Positions 33,675 to 48,312 of a stretch of DNA of 64,000 nucleotides are shown one piece after another. Position numbers and translations under genes: made by a program. The DNA comes from Macrostomum lignano (Eukaryota), in NCBI GenBank assembly GCA_002269645.1, contig NIVC01001470.1:5944-69943 (forward strand), read 5' to 3'. Numbering within the stretch: position 1 is the stretch's first letter; every line of letters begins with the position of its first letter. The notes below the pieces were generated by a model. The model ran no database searches and was not told the origin of the DNA. It was given only the letters and a program-made list of their open reading frames with translations.

Positions 33675-36600
33675 TCAAGCCAGCAGCGTCTGCAGCGAGT
33701 CCATGCCGATCAATATGGCCGGATTGCTGCGAAAGTAGGAGCAGAAATCTTCCCAACTGATGACGCCGTCCCCGTCGGCGTCCAGCTGGCGGAAAACGGC
33801 CTCCGCTCGCTCCTCCACCGTCACCGAAGTCACTGGCGGACGGACTCGATGTCCGAGAAGGTCGTAAACGGAGCTCACCACTTCGAAGACCTCCCGCCTG
33901 TTGATCTCGCCGTCCTTGTTGGTGTCGTACATGTTGAAGATCCACCCGAGGCGTTCTTCCCGACTGCCTTTCAGCAGGGTGTTGAGGCATAGGGCGAACT
34001 GCTCAAAGCTAACGGAGCCCGTGCGGCCCCGATCAAAGCCGCAGAACACGAAATGGGCGAAAGTGTGCGCATTTCCCAACGGGAAGATCTGCGCCAGGAT
34101 TTGTTCCAGCACCTCCTCTTGCATCAATCCTAAAGGTGGGAGCATTAGAGTGAGTCGTAATCGAGTTGAAAAAATCTACACATCTGAATGCTGAACTCAA
34201 GCCACAATATTCGTATTTTCTGCCGCAATGTAAATTCCTATCGATCTATCTCTAATTCGTTCCAGCCAACCCCTAACAACCCCAAGCCCTGTCCCTGCCT
34301 GTGCAAACCGGCCAACCTCACTCCACTCCTGCCCCTCCAGCAACCCCAGGCTCTGTCCCTGCCTGTACAAACTAGCCAACCTCATTCCACTCCTGCCCCT
34401 CCAGCAGCCCCAAGCCCTGTCCCTGCCTGTGCAAACCGGCCAACCTCACTCCACTCCTGCCCCTCCAGCAACCCAGGCTCTGTCCCTGCCTGTACAAACT
34501 AGCTAACCTCATTCCACTCCTGCCCCTCCAGCAACCCCAGGCTCTGTCCCTGCCTGTACAAACTAGCTAACCTCATTCCACTCCTGCCCCTCCAGCAACC
34601 CCAGGCTCTGTCCCTGCCTGTACAAACTAGCTAACCTCATTCCACTCCTGCCCCTCCAGCAACCCCAAGCCCTGTCCCTGCCTGTACAAACTAGCCAACC
34701 TCACTCCACTTCTGCCCCTCCAGCAACCCCAAGCCCTGTCCCTGCCTGTACAAACTAGCCAAACTCACTCCACTTCTGCCCCTCCAGCAACCCCAAGCCC
34801 TGTCCCTGCCTGTACAAACTAGCTAACCTCATTCCACTCCTGCCCCTCCAGCAACCCCAAGCCCTGTCCCTGCCTGTACAAACTAGCCAACCTCATTCCA
34901 CTCCTGCCCCTCCAGCAACCCCAGGCTCTTTCTCTGCCTGTACAAACTGGCCAACCTCACTTCACTTTGGCTAGTAAACATTTTTTTCTTTTATGCCTCA
35001 TGCTTCACTCATGAGCGTATATGATTGTTTCTCCTATTTGTCTCCCTGCCACAGTATCTATGCAGGAAAACTGAACCACTGGTATGAAGAAAAATAAAGA
35101 AGTTTCCGTATTTTTTCTTTTGCAATTTGTCTTGAAAGACACTATAGAGATACTGAGCCGGAGAAGGCAATGCTAGTCAAAGTGGCCAGATTAGAATGCC
35201 AATCGTGAGAATAAGAAAATGACTTCAAGGCACTTCAACCAGGGAGCTAAAATAGAACCAGGACTGGGAGCTGAAAAAAACACTGGCTGAGCTTTCTCAA
35301 TGCTGCAGCAGCCACTGAAAAAAAGCAAACTGACAAACTGGCAGTCCCGTCACGAAGTGCGGAGAGAGATAGGAAATTGGATCCGACACTCTCCCGCTTG
35401 GCCTTCTTTGCTACTTCTTAGGCAGCTCCCCTATTCCTTCTTTCTCAGATCCGGTCCTACCCCCCTCTAAGCTGTCTCTCTCCCAATCCCCCAGCCTATT
35501 CCCTGCGCTGCGATCCCAGCAGCACAGTTGCTACGCGACGGCAGATGCGCTCGATCGAGAAATTTGGAAGGGAATCGAAAGCTTTATAATTTAAGTACCG
35601 GATCAAGCAAATGATTTAGCTATAATTACTATTTAGCTATTATTCCCATCATTTTCCTAAAAGCTTCTATCTGTCATATTTCCAACCAACAATGTCTCTG
35701 ACTAACGACTAATGATAATTAACTAACCTCATGGCTCCTGACCTCATGGCTCCTGACCTCATGGCTCCTGACCTCATGGCTCCTGACCTCATGGCTCCTG
35801 ACCTCATGGCTCCTGACCTCATGGCTCCTGACCTCATGGCTCCTGACCTCATGGCTCCTGACCTCATGGCTCCTGACCTCATGGCTCCTGACCTCATGGC
35901 TCCTGACCTCATGGCTCCTGACCTCATGGCTCCTGACCTCATGGCTCCTGACCTCATGGCTCCTGACCTCATGGCTCCTGACCTCATGGCTCCTGACCTC
36001 ATGGCTCCTGACCTCATGGCTCCTGACCTCATGGCTCCTGACCTCATGGCTCCTGACCTCATGGCTCCTGACCTCATGGCTCCTGACCTCATGGCTCCTG
36101 ACCTCATGGCTCCTGACCTCATGGCTCCTGACCTCATGGCTCCTGACCTCATGGCTCCTGACCTCATGGCTCCTGACCTCATGGCTCCTGACCTCATGGC
36201 TCCTGACCTCATGGCTCCTGACCTCATGGCTCCTGACCTCATGGCTCCTGACCTCATGGCTCCTGACCTCATGGCTCCTGACCTCATGGCTCCTGACCTC
36301 ATGGCTCCTGACCTCATGGCTCCTGACCTCATGGCTCCTGACCTCATGGCTCCTGACCTCATGGCTCCTGACCTCATGGCTCCTGACCTCATGGCTCCTG
36401 ACCTCATGGCTCCTGACCTCATGGCTCCTGACCTCATGGCTCCTGACCTCATGGCTCCTGACCTCATGGCTCCTGACCTCATGGCTCCTGACCTCATGGC
36501 TCCTGACCTCATGGCTCCTGACCTCATGGCTCCTGACCTCATGGCTCCTGACCTCATGGCTCCTGACCTCATGGCTCCTGACCTCATGGCTCCTGACCTC

Positions 36601-38518
36601 ATGGCTCCTGACCTCATGGCTCCTGACCTCATGGCTCCTGACCTCATGGCTCCTGACCTCATGGCTCCTGACCTCATGGCTCCTGACCTCATGGCTCCTG
36701 ACCTCATGGCTCCTGACCTCATGGCTCCTGACCTCATGGCTCCTGACCTCATGGCTCCTGACCTCATGGCTCCTGACCTCATGGCTCCTGACCTCATGGC
36801 TCCTGACCTCATGGCTCCTGACCTCATGGCTCCTGACCTCATGGCTCCTGACCTCATGGCTCCTGACCTCATGGCTCCTGACCTCATGGCTCCTGACCTC
36901 ATGGCTCCTGACCTCATGGCTCCTGACCTCATGGCTCCTGACCTCATGGCTCCTGACCTCATGGCTCCTGACCTCATGGCTCCTGACCTCATGGCTCCTG
37001 ACCTCATGGCTCCTGGCCTCATGGCTCCTGACCTCATGGCTCCTGACCTCATGGCTCCTGACCTCATGGCTCCTGACCTCATGGCTCCTGACCTCATGGC
37101 TCCTGACCTCATGGCTCCTGACCTCATGGCTCCTGACCTCATGGCTCCTGACCTCATGGCTCCTGACCTCATGGCTCCTGACCTCATGGCTCCTGACCTC
37201 ATGGCTCCTGACCTCATGGCTCCTGACCTCATGGCTCCTGACCTCATGGCTCCTGACCTCATGGCTCCTGACCTCATGGCTCCTGACCTCATGGCTCCTG
37301 ACCTCATGGCTCCTGACCTCATGGCTCCTGACCTCATGGCTCCTGACCTCATGGCTCCTGACCTCATGGCTCCTGACCTCATGGCTCCTGACCTCATGGC
37401 TCCTGACCTCATGGCTCCTGACCTCATGGCTCCTGACCTCATGGCTCCTGACCTCATGGCTCCTGACCTCATGGCTCCTGACCTCATGGCTCCTGACCTC
37501 ATGGCTCCTGACCTCATGGCTCCTGACCTCATGGCTCCTGACCTCATGGCTCCTGACCTCATGGCTCCTGACCTCATGGCTCCTGACCTCATGGCTCCTG
37601 ACCTCATGGCTCCTGACCTCATGGCTCCTGACCTCATGGCTCCTGACCTCATGGCTCCTGACCTCATGGCTCCTGACCTCATGGCTCCTGACCTCATGGC
37701 TCCTGACCTCATCACACAATGACCTCATTACACACTGACCTCATCACACACTGACCTCATTACACACTGACCTTATCACATAGTGACCTCATCACACAAT
37801 GACCTCGTCACACAATGACCTCATCACACAATGACCTCATCACACACTGACCTCATTACACACTGACCTCATTACACACTGACCTCATTACACACTGACC
37901 TCATCACACAGTGACCTCATCACACACTGACCTCATCACACACTGACCTCATCACACAGTGACCTCATCACACAGTGACCTTATCACACACTGACCTCAT
38001 CAAACACTGACCTCATCACACAGTGACCTTATCACACACTGACCTCATCACACAGTGACCTCGTCACACAGTAACCTTATAAATCTGATACCTAACTTTG
38101 CACTTTTGAAGTCCCAATATCTAACCACATATGATCTAATATATCAACTCCATAATCCCTGATCATTGACCTTTATCCGATACTGAGACATTCCAACCGT
38201 ACCGTACGGGCACTCAGACTTGAAGCGCCTGTAGATCGCTTTGAGCTCCTGGCTGGTGAACCGAGTCCGCTGAACCAGGCTGGCCAGGCTGACCGTCCGC
38301 GGCCTCCTGGCGAACAGCGTAAGCTCCAGCTGGCTGGCCTCGTCCGGCAGGTGGCCGCCAAGCACCGCGGCTGATTTCCGGCGCACCTGGCCGAACAGGC
38401 TGGACGGTGCCGATGTGAATCGGCGCAGAAATCGTTGGAGACGGCCGCCGGCGCCCGCGCTTTCCATTGTTGGCAGCGCGATGGCGCCGGATCGCTGCTG
38501 GCGCCGCTGGGCCAACAT
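33675..38518 (-). CDS. KCNIP: KChIP-like neuronal calcium sensor; exons 38518-38203 and 34129-33675
   Basis: [40 protein letters not shown]...[10 protein letters not shown]...[20 protein letters not shown]...[14 protein letters not shown]. The phase-1 GT-AG intron joins the exons in frame. Confidence 0.88.
34262..34965. repeat. 64-bp minisatellite, about 11 units (KChIP intron)
   Basis: GTCCCTGCCTGT recurs at 34291, 34355 and onward. Confidence 0.9.
35726..37710. repeat. 15-bp satellite (ACCTCATGGCTCCTG) x about 132 (KChIP intron)
   Basis: Perfect tandem array except one A>G at 37016. Confidence 0.99.
37711..38075. repeat. 16-bp minisatellite (TGACCTCATCACACAC)n sharing the TGACCTCAT core with the 15-mer
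   Basis: About 22 imperfect units directly abutting the 15-bp array. Confidence 0.9.
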
Positions 38519-38537
38519 GATTGGCTGCCTGCTTTGG

Positions 38538-38833
<296 letters not shown>

Positions 38834-39195
38834 GTAAACACGCGACAGTTATGGGGCCGCATCAAGTGTTAGAAAACGCACAGCCTTCTCAGCCAATGAC
38901 GGGTCTCATAGCACATTGGATAAATGCTGCATGCGTGGGCCTCAGTCTTCTCGAACATGGAAATAATCTTTTTTCCTGAGCAGCCAATCAAAGCTGTCTT
39001 TATGTGTATGTAATCCATTCAAATATTTATTTCTCAGGCCCCCAAATTTCACTGCATTCGGAAATTTGATCCCTTTAAAAGGAATTCCAATTCGTCTGAC
39101 ATCCAACTGTCGTCAGATGTCTTCTCTCTGCGTTTTTTCTCCACTATCTTCCCCAGGGGAATCTCTGCGCTCGGATGTGGATGTGGATCGGCAGT

Positions 39196-40032
39196 CCATG
39201 TCCACAATCCAATATCCAAAATCCATTATCCACAATCCAATATCCACAATCCAATGCCCACAATCCAATGTCCACAATCCAATATCCACAATCCAATATC
39301 CACAATCCAATATCCACAATTCAATGTCCACAATACAATATCCACAATCCAACATCCACAATCCAATATCCACATACCAATATCCACAATCTAATATCCA
39401 CAATCCATTATCCACAATCCAATGTCCACAATCCAATATCCACAATCCAAAATCCACAATCCAATGTCCACAATCCAATATCCACAATCCATTATCCACA
39501 ATCCAATGTCCACAATCCAATGTTCACAATCCAATGTCCACAATCCAATATCCACAATCCAATGTCCACAATCCATTATCCAGAATCCAATATGCACAAT
39601 CCAATATCCACAACCCAATATACACAATCCAAAATGCACAATCCAATGTTTACAATCCAATATGCACAATCCAATATACACAATCCAATATCCGCAATCC
39701 AATGTTCACAATCCAATATCCACAATCCAATATCCACTATCCAATATCCACAATCCAATGTCCACAATCCAATATCCACAATCCATTATCCACAATCCAA
39801 TGTCCACAATCCAATGTTCACAATCCAATGTCCACAATCCAATATCCACAATCCAATGTCCACAATCCATTATCCAGAATCCAATATGCACAATCCAATA
39901 TCCACAACCCAATATCCACAATCCAATGTCCACAATCCATTATCCACAATCCAATATCCACAATCCAATGCCCACAATCCAATATCCACAATCCATTATC
40001 CACAAACCAATGTCCACAATACAATATCCACA
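39196..40032. repeat. 14-bp minisatellite (TCCACAATCCAATA)n, degenerate
   Basis: About 60 imperfect units built from a 7-nt sub-unit. Confidence 0.92.
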
Positions 40033-40606
40033 AAACAATATTAAAAAAACTGCAAATAAATGCCACCTTTGATAGTCTACTATGAGTAGCGAATACAGCA
40101 ATGGAAAATTAGGAGTCTCTAAACAATTACTGCAACCAGACCTGAATAGCATTACGAGTATAAGAATATCATTTCAAGACAAAATTCCAATTAAAAATTT
40201 TCAATTGTTTTAAAGTCTACCGAATTAATAAATGCCAAATGCAAATTTATATGAGACCAACTTGATTTGAAAAAGAAAATATTTCTGGATCGCAGTTTTT
40301 TAATCTCAAATATATATATATAAATACCTTTCAGGATTTGGAAAGTTCTGAGACTTTTAGTCCGCTAAATTCTTTGCAACTGCGCGTGTCTCAACGCTGA
40401 GTCCTCAGGCCTTTGCGATGCCCGGGCGCTGGGAAGGGAGAGAGGAATGTGAGCTCTGCAATCTGCCTACTGGATGAGGGGCGGTGGTTAGGGAAGCGAG
40501 TACGGAAGGAATCGAGCTGAGGCGTCGCCATGATGAAACGTGTTCAACCCAACTATCCAGTCTTATCCTTCCTTGTGGCAGTCTGTCTGCTCGGAGACAG
40601 AAACAG

Positions 40607-41330
40607 AGATTAGCTAGTCATTGTGTGCTCACCTGAAAGCAGATTAGCTAGTCATTGTGTGCTCAGTTGAAAGCAGATTAGCTAGTCATTGTGTGCTCAG
40701 TTGAAAGCAGATTAGCTAGTCATTGTGTGCTCACCTGAAAGCAGATTAGCTAGTCATTGTGTGCTCACCTGAAAGCAGATTAGCTAGTCATTGTGTGCTC
40801 ACCTGAAAGCAGATTAGCTAGTCATTGTGTGCTCAGTTGAAAGCAGATTAGCTAGTCATTGTGTGCTCACCTGAAAGCAGATTAGCTAGTCATTGTGTGC
40901 TCACCTGAAAGCAGATTAGCTAGTCATTGTGTGCTCACCTGAAAGCAGATTAGCTAGTCATTGTGTGCTCACCTGAAAGCAGATTAGCTAGTCATTGTGT
41001 GCTCACCTGAAAGCAGATTAGCTAGTCATTGTGTGCTCACCTGAAAGCAGATTAGCTAGTCATTGTGTGCTCAGCTGAAAGCACATTAGCTAGTCATTGT
41101 GTGCTCACCTGAAAGCAGATTAGCTAGTCATTGTGTGCTCACCTGAAAGCAGATTAGCTAGTCATTGTGTGCTCACCTGAAAGCAGATTAGCTAGTCATT
41201 GTGTGCTCACCTGAAAGCAGATTAGCTAGTCATTGTGTGCTCACCTGAAAGCAGATTAGCTAGTCATTGTGTGCTCAGTTGAAAGCAGATTAGCTAGTCA
41301 TTGTGTGCTCACCTGAAAGCAGATTAGCTG
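40607..41330. repeat. 34-bp minisatellite (GAAAGCAGATTAGCTAGTCATTGTGTGCTCACCT) x about 21
   Basis: Near-perfect tandem units with no spacers. Confidence 0.95.
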
Positions 41331-41540
41331 ATTACTTGTTCGAGTAGATGGTGAACAAAGGGCGAGTTGTCACTCAGGAAAGAGGCGAGAGACGAGAATA
41401 CCTGGTAGTCATTTGTATTTGTAAGTACGAGCTTACTTGCAAACGATTCACCGCTGTGACAACGCTGTGAAACTAGCGAGAGACAATTAGATAACATTTG
41501 ATGTGTGTGCGGCATCATGAGTGAAATTTCAAGTTAATGA

Positions 41541-42012
<472 letters not shown>

Positions 42013-43425
42013 TAGTGGATTTGGGGAACTGGATGGAACTCAAGCATATTCGCATTATTCAGCTTTCCTTCCTAATCCTGATTGGCTTTCTTGCTGCTGG
42101 ACTGTCAAAGTGCGTTGGCAGGGTTTGGGATCTGTAGCAGCAGAGAAGGAAGGCCAGCAGCCCTGCCCCCCTGTCCTTCGTCTCCCCCGAGCCTCGCTTG
42201 CCGCACCCGGGGGGGGAGGCAGTTGCTCTATTTTCGTCCTGTCTGCAGGGGGTCCGCGACGGCGGGCTTTGAGAGGCGGCGGGGCAGGGGATGGGGAGGG
42301 ACAGGAGACGCGGGTAGCCTGGGATCTGTCCGTATAGCCAGCGATCCCTTCCCCCCAGCCCCACCCAATCCGTCCGGACCGAGTGAATGCATGCTTACCA
42401 GGCCAGCCACCCTCGCCATCCTATTTTCTGGCCCTTCATTCGCTTAAAAACTCCCCTACCCCGCCCTCTATTCTTCCCACACTGCGCCCAGCAGCAATCA
42501 ACTACATACCTACTGTAGTGTTGTAAAGTGTAAAGTCGACTTTGAAGAAGCCCGGGTCTCTCAGAGCCTCCCACCGGCGCATAACCAGAGAGGCCAATCG
42601 GACACTGCAGCAAAGCGGCAACCCCCGCCCCTGCCGCTTGCTCACCACCGTGCACTCTTCTCAACACTAGTGTGCGGAGCAGAGAGAGAGAGGGAAACTC
42701 AACTCTACCTTGTCCAGAGAAAAACCCTGTCTCAACCCCTGATTGGAGAACTCGAGCAAAAAAGCAATCGGGGCCGACAAGCACCCAACAAAAGCCAGTG
42801 ATGCTTGTGCACGCGACGAAATAAGTAGCTGGAAATCGATACTCCCAGTCTCTGTTTTGTCGCTTCCCCTGCTTTTGATTCGATATCCCGCATTGCTGAG
42901 ATCTGCATCGCAGTTTCTTGTCGCGCATTCGACAGCTTACCTGAGCAAGGCACAAACCAGTTCAGATAGAGACGGAGAGGGAACCGAGCTCTCCCTCGCT
43001 CTCTCTCGGCACCTCGGTCGCAAATGCTGCAGCAGTTATTGCCGGCACCTCTTGTCGCTGGAATCGTCCACTTGGGACAGCTGAAATAAGCCAGTCTATA
43101 GCCAGCGAGTTGCCGGGGACGGAGACAGCTGAGAGACACAGAGAGCTCGAGTGTGCCAGCAAGACGCGGAGGAAAGACTAGTCCAACTAAAAAAAGATCG
43201 AAGGCAAGACAAGCAATCAGGCTCTGTCTTTTTTTCTGTTTTTATTCACTGCCGCCAGCGGTGACTGCCCTGCCGATTCGCGAAGCCCCTCCGGATCGGG
43301 ACTCCCGCGGGCAGCAGCGCAGGGAAAGAACAACACTAATTCTGTTGCTACGAAAACAAAACAAAGGCGCAGTCGTCGACGACTGCTTTTAGCGCTCTGA
43401 ACCTCAGCCGGACTAAGAAAAGTGA

Positions 43426-44118
43426 ATGGACGAAGGGCCGGGTGTGGAACAGCAGCAGCAGCAGCTACAGCCGCTGGAGCCTACGCAGCAGCCGCATCCG
43501 ATCCTGCGAAAGAAGCGGCTCAACCAAGACAGCAACTCGGCGTCAAATCATCACGTTCGAATAGCTCCGTCGCCGACCAGCCACGACGAGAACGAGAACG
43601 AAGATGATGGGATCGTCGAGGAGCCGTGGAAAGACAGGGAAAATCCTTTTCGACCTGGCAGCGACCTGGACCGCCAGGCGGACAGTTTGTTAAGAAATTC
43701 GCGCATATCCCGGAACTCTGTTCACCTGGCGCAGTTGGAAACCGATTCCGAGCAAAAACCAGAGCACGAAGCTGAACAGAAAACGGAAGCAGCATCAACA
43801 GAGGCGACAGCAGATCCTACGACGGCTACATTGGAGGCGACACTCCGCGAAGACACGGTCGGACTGCTGACGCCGTCGATGGCGGTGGCTGCCATCATTG
43901 CAGACGACGCTGCTGATTCCTCTGGGCCGGACGACGAGCCAGAGGAGCTGCTGGTCGCTTCAACGTCCGCCCCAGCCGCCGCCTCGTCCGCCCCTCCGAA
44001 TCGCCAACAGGAGGCTCCGAATGGGTCAGCATCGCCGAAAACAAAAGCGCCGACAAAGGAGGCAGCTGGTCCTGTCCAAGCCAAGGGAGTCGGTCGGGCC
44101 TGCTGCGACCTTATGTGA
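43426..44118 (+). CDS. Disordered acidic protein, 230 aa, with ENPFRPGSDL motif and C-terminal CCDLM (CaaX-like)
   Basis: Single-exon ORF with coding-like composition. The paired Cys at the C-terminus is consistent with prenylation and palmitoylation. Confidence 0.75.
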   Translation: MDEGPGVEQQQQQLQPLEPTQQPHPILRKKRLNQDSNSASNHHVRIAPSPTSHDENENEDDGIVEEPWKDRENPFRPGSDLDRQADSLLRNSRISRNSVHLAQLETDSEQKPEHEAEQKTEAASTEATADPTTATLEATLREDTVGLLTPSMAVAAIIADDAADSSGPDDEPEELLVASTSAPAAASSAPPNRQQEAPNGSASPKTKAPTKEAAGPVQAKGVGRACCDLM

Positions 44119-47059
44119 ACCTTCGGGGTCGGATCGCCTGGCCCCATTGTCCATCCCGACACTCGGCACTTAACGCGAAAAACTCCCGGTCGATTCTGTC
44201 CCGTTGCCGCACCATCTCAAACTGCTCCCCTTCTACACTCGTTTTTCCGTGCTTCGCGATCGCTTTAATAATATCCTTGTTGCTTACTTGGTAAGGTCGG
44301 GCTATCATTTCTTGAGTCACATCTGCGTTCCTAGTAACAAATCGACACGTGTACCGCATTTCATTGGGCGGTACGAGGTGATGTGCAGTATGGAGCGGAT
44401 TAAAGCTGTTGCAGAAAAAAACGGAAAATTAATTTAAAAAGCGAAAAGGGACTAATATTATTAGCTTAGGCAATAAAAGTCAAGTTTATTATCATTCATT
44501 TGCTGATACTGATCAGTTAGTATTGTGACAGCTTTCATTTTTTGATTTTCGCGTTTTTTAAAGTACATAATCTAATATTTTAAATGTGCAATTTGAATAA
44601 GTTTACGTAATCTATAAATTCGGTCATTTCATCAATTGTAACCCAGTTACATTTAATTATTGTACTTCTCAATGCCATACTGCATGTAGTGTATTGTATT
44701 CTATACATGTATATCGGTATATTCTAGATTTTTCAGTTCCAAAAAGCATTCATATGTAAGCATCGGTTATTTACAGTCATTGTTCCTTTTTATTCGAGTC
44801 TGAATTGAAAATTCAAAAACATTTTGCTTATCTGCAGCTTTTGGGCTCTTCTGTTAGAACTGCGTCGCAATACTGTTTCATCATCTGAAAATGCTGTTTA
44901 AAGGGAACTTGAATTGTTCCAGCCCACAGATTTAAACAACTGAAAATTCACTCACAGATTCTTGCAAAGTATCATTATTAATTTTATTTTTTTCTTTGCG
45001 ATTAAACCCGTAAATTTCACGATGATTATTATGCGTAAGCAAGTAAAATTGTATCCGATCGTATAAATATACATTTTACATTCGTGCTAGAGACTCCTAT
45101 ATTCTTCACATGCGCATGTAAAATAGCACATGTTGCCATAAATTGGTTTTTTATTTTTATTTAAACTGCTGTGTAAGAAGTATAAAGGAAGCGATTGTAA
45201 GATTGCCGTTTTTGGCGTATGAAACATTCGAAATTTGTTATTCTGCATAGATTCTCTTCACGTGAAGAAGAATGTTAAATTTGTCCAGGACACTTCCTAA
45301 TTCATACTTAATAAAATAATGCAAAAAAAGCTTAAAATAAAGCAGTTTACTGGTAGTTTGTAAGGAATAAACAAATTTAATGCTTGTTCCTACGATTCGT
45401 ACGACAGAAACTAAAGTGTCTGTAGAAGTGTCTGAATAAGTGTCGGCCAATGTTTCATACGTCGATTTTGTAGTATATCTTGTCAATTGTCAAACGCAAC
45501 ATTTTGTTTAAATAACAGAACGCCAACTATTACAATCACTAACTAAGTTTAACAGGTTACTTAAGTTAAGTTTCAACCGACGGTTTTTGCTTCAGTATAA
45601 GGCATTGAATAGTTTATATTTTTTAAACTTTGAATCAATCAATAATTCATGAAAAACATAAATTTACTTAATTGTTTCCAAGACATTCAATTAGGTGACC
45701 TGTGTGTCAGTATTGTGCCCATCACGGAAGTAACATTGTCATTGATTAAAGCGTTTGTTCCATAAAATTATACCTTGTTCGTTAGTTGCGTTAAGTGATG
45801 TCGCATTGCGCAAAGCACACTGTTCAACCGGTTAGCCGAATTAGACCAGAGAAGAGACAAACTGCACCGCGAAAAAAACGAAGATTAGGGAGAAAGTCAT
45901 TTGTAAAAGTTTGCCACAAACTGCACTCGCTTCCTACACGTTTTTTGGTGCGGACTTTGCTGCTTTTGCAGGGTTGAGGGGCGGCCGGCGGTCACACGGC
46001 TTAACCCCCGAGGCCTGCATGGGCTAGAATTCCAAAAACAGCCAAGCGAGGCGAGGGAGAGCATTAAAAGTGCACAATAATATGCGGGAAGGAGGCGACA
46101 TTCCATTCCTTTGCACTCGGAATATATTCTCTTTCCCTCTCAGGCCCCAACCCCCCCGGGTTCCTAACCCCTTAAAGCCCACCGAGACTAGCGCCTCACA
46201 TAATATTATTAGCAAGCAGTATACAACACCAAGTGGAGCGGAGGAGAGGTTAAGGGGAAGAGATATTGTGGCTTTTAGCATTGCAGGGCACGTGCATTGC
46301 CCGTTGCAAGCCCTGGATAAAGCACATACACACACAAATTTAATGCCCAAACTATTATAGGAATTAGGGACTGTTATTTTCTAATACGGTGAGTACGGTC
46401 CACGACTCAACAGTCAAGTGCAGACACATAAGACTTGAATTTCTAATAGGAAAGGGAGAGAGCGAGTGCGAATGACAGTACTGGGCCGAGTTTTTTGGCC
46501 AACTGCCAGAATAAATTACTATAATAATGTCATCAGTCTTCTTTTGCCTCTATTCATATCAGATCTTAGACAGCTCTGATTGCACACCCTGCTGAGTCAA
46601 GCAGCGTGAGTCGCGTGGCTCATTTAGTCGCAAAGCCCCAGCAATATTTGTTCTCAAAGTCAGGCCCTGTTCTCGAGTTGAGGCCGGAAAATCAGCGCGA
46701 TATGAAAACAAATGTTTGTGCAGCCACGGGCCACGTGGGAGAAGGTTCAAGATAAATGGCTATTTATATATCTGCGAGTGTTTCTTCGGCAACTTTGCGT
46801 TATTATATATTGGCCAACCGGTTACGTAACTGGCATGCACAGTTGGGGACACTCGAGTTGATTGCATCTGATTGCTGGATTTTATTTCTAGAAATTTATG
46901 GGCCAGATAGAAACGCAAAATTGCTGCTAAAGTCAAAAATTCTTTATAGCTTTTCGATTCTGTGCTGGATTGCTTGCTGATGAAAGCAATTGATTGAATG
47001 AGAACCGAATAGAAACGAATTGATGAAGGAAACGACAGCGGCGTTAATGAGGGAGGAGA

Positions 47060-47665
47060 GAGCCAGGTTCAATAGAAGAGTCAGGTCTAATAGGAGAGAG
47101 TCAGGTCTAATAGGAGAGAGTCAGGTCTAATAGGAGAGAGTCAGGTCTAATAGGAGAGAGTCAGGTCTAATAGGAGAGAGTCAGGTCTAATAGGAGAGAG
47201 TCAGGTCTAATAGGAGAGTCAGTTCTAAAAGGAGAGTCCAGATCTAATAGGAGAGAGTCAGGTCTAGTAAGAGAAAGTCAGGTCCAGTAAGAGAGAGTCA
47301 GGTCCAGTGGAGAGAGTCAGGTCCAGTAAGAAAAAGTCAGGTCCAGTGGAGAGAGTCAGGTCCAGTAAGAGAGAGTCAGGTCCAGTGGAGAGAGTCTGGT
47401 CCAGTGGGGAGAGTCAGGTCCAGTGGAGAGACTCAGGTCCAGTAAGAGAGAGTCAGGTCCAGTGGAGAGAGTCAGGTCCAGTGGAGAGAATCAGGTCCAG
47501 TAAGAAAGAGTCAGGTCCAGTGGAGAGAGTCAGGTCCAGTAAGAGAGAGTCAGGTCCAGTGGAGAGAATCAGGTCCAGTAAGAAAGAGTCAGGTCCAGTG
47601 GAGAGAGTCAGGTCCAGTGGAGAGAGTCAGATCTAGTAAGAGAGAGTCAGGTCCAGTGGAGAGTC
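47060..47665. repeat. About 20-bp minisatellite (GGAGAGAGTCAGGTCTAATA, grading into ...GGTCCAGT)
   Basis: About 30 units with a polarised change of variant along the array. Confidence 0.9.
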
Positions 47666-48312
47666 ATGTCAAAAAATCTACAAACCCCAACCCACAATCC
47701 ACAATTCAAAAACTACAAACCAGAATCCAGAACTTCACCATCAAACATTGAGGCGAATGTCTCAATCTGATATCAGATTTGGTCCCAGAAACTGCGCCAT
47801 CAATGCAGACAGATGCCTCAGCTGCTGCTCAAACTGAATCGGTCAAGTTGACAATCCTCTATCGCCCTCTCCCTGGCCCAACGGCAAAATCGATCGGCGA
47901 GAAATCAATGCCCAATACTACAAACGACGCTGTTTGCCTCGAACCACCACGCAAAATCCTGGGAAAGCAAACAGCGCTGCCAAGTCCCTGGCCTCTTCCC
48001 GCGAACCCCGCCCCCCGTTCATTTTCTCCCAAATCGAGCCTGATCCCCCATGCAATTCCCAAGCAACCTCGAGGGGATTTCTGTCTTTATATTAGCCACG
48101 CTGACTGAGTGCGAGTTGCGGGGGACCCCGAGGTGAAAAGCAATTATATTGGCTAGCTAGACTGGGCTTAGTATCGCATACAGGAAACTCAGCTGATGTA
48201 CATACAGACCGCAAACCAAGGACACCCAGGGCCAGAGCCTGGAGTAGCAACTTCCCTAAACCTCATCTTTCCAGACAACTGTAGGCCGACTGCAGCTTAC
48301 CTACTGCGCTCC

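Noticed and set aside
35709-37728. 660-aa ORFs (MAPDL)n, (MRSGA)n, (HEVRS)n
   Set aside because: These are by-products of a stop-free 15-bp unit inside an intron, with no synonymous variation and no unique coding flanks.
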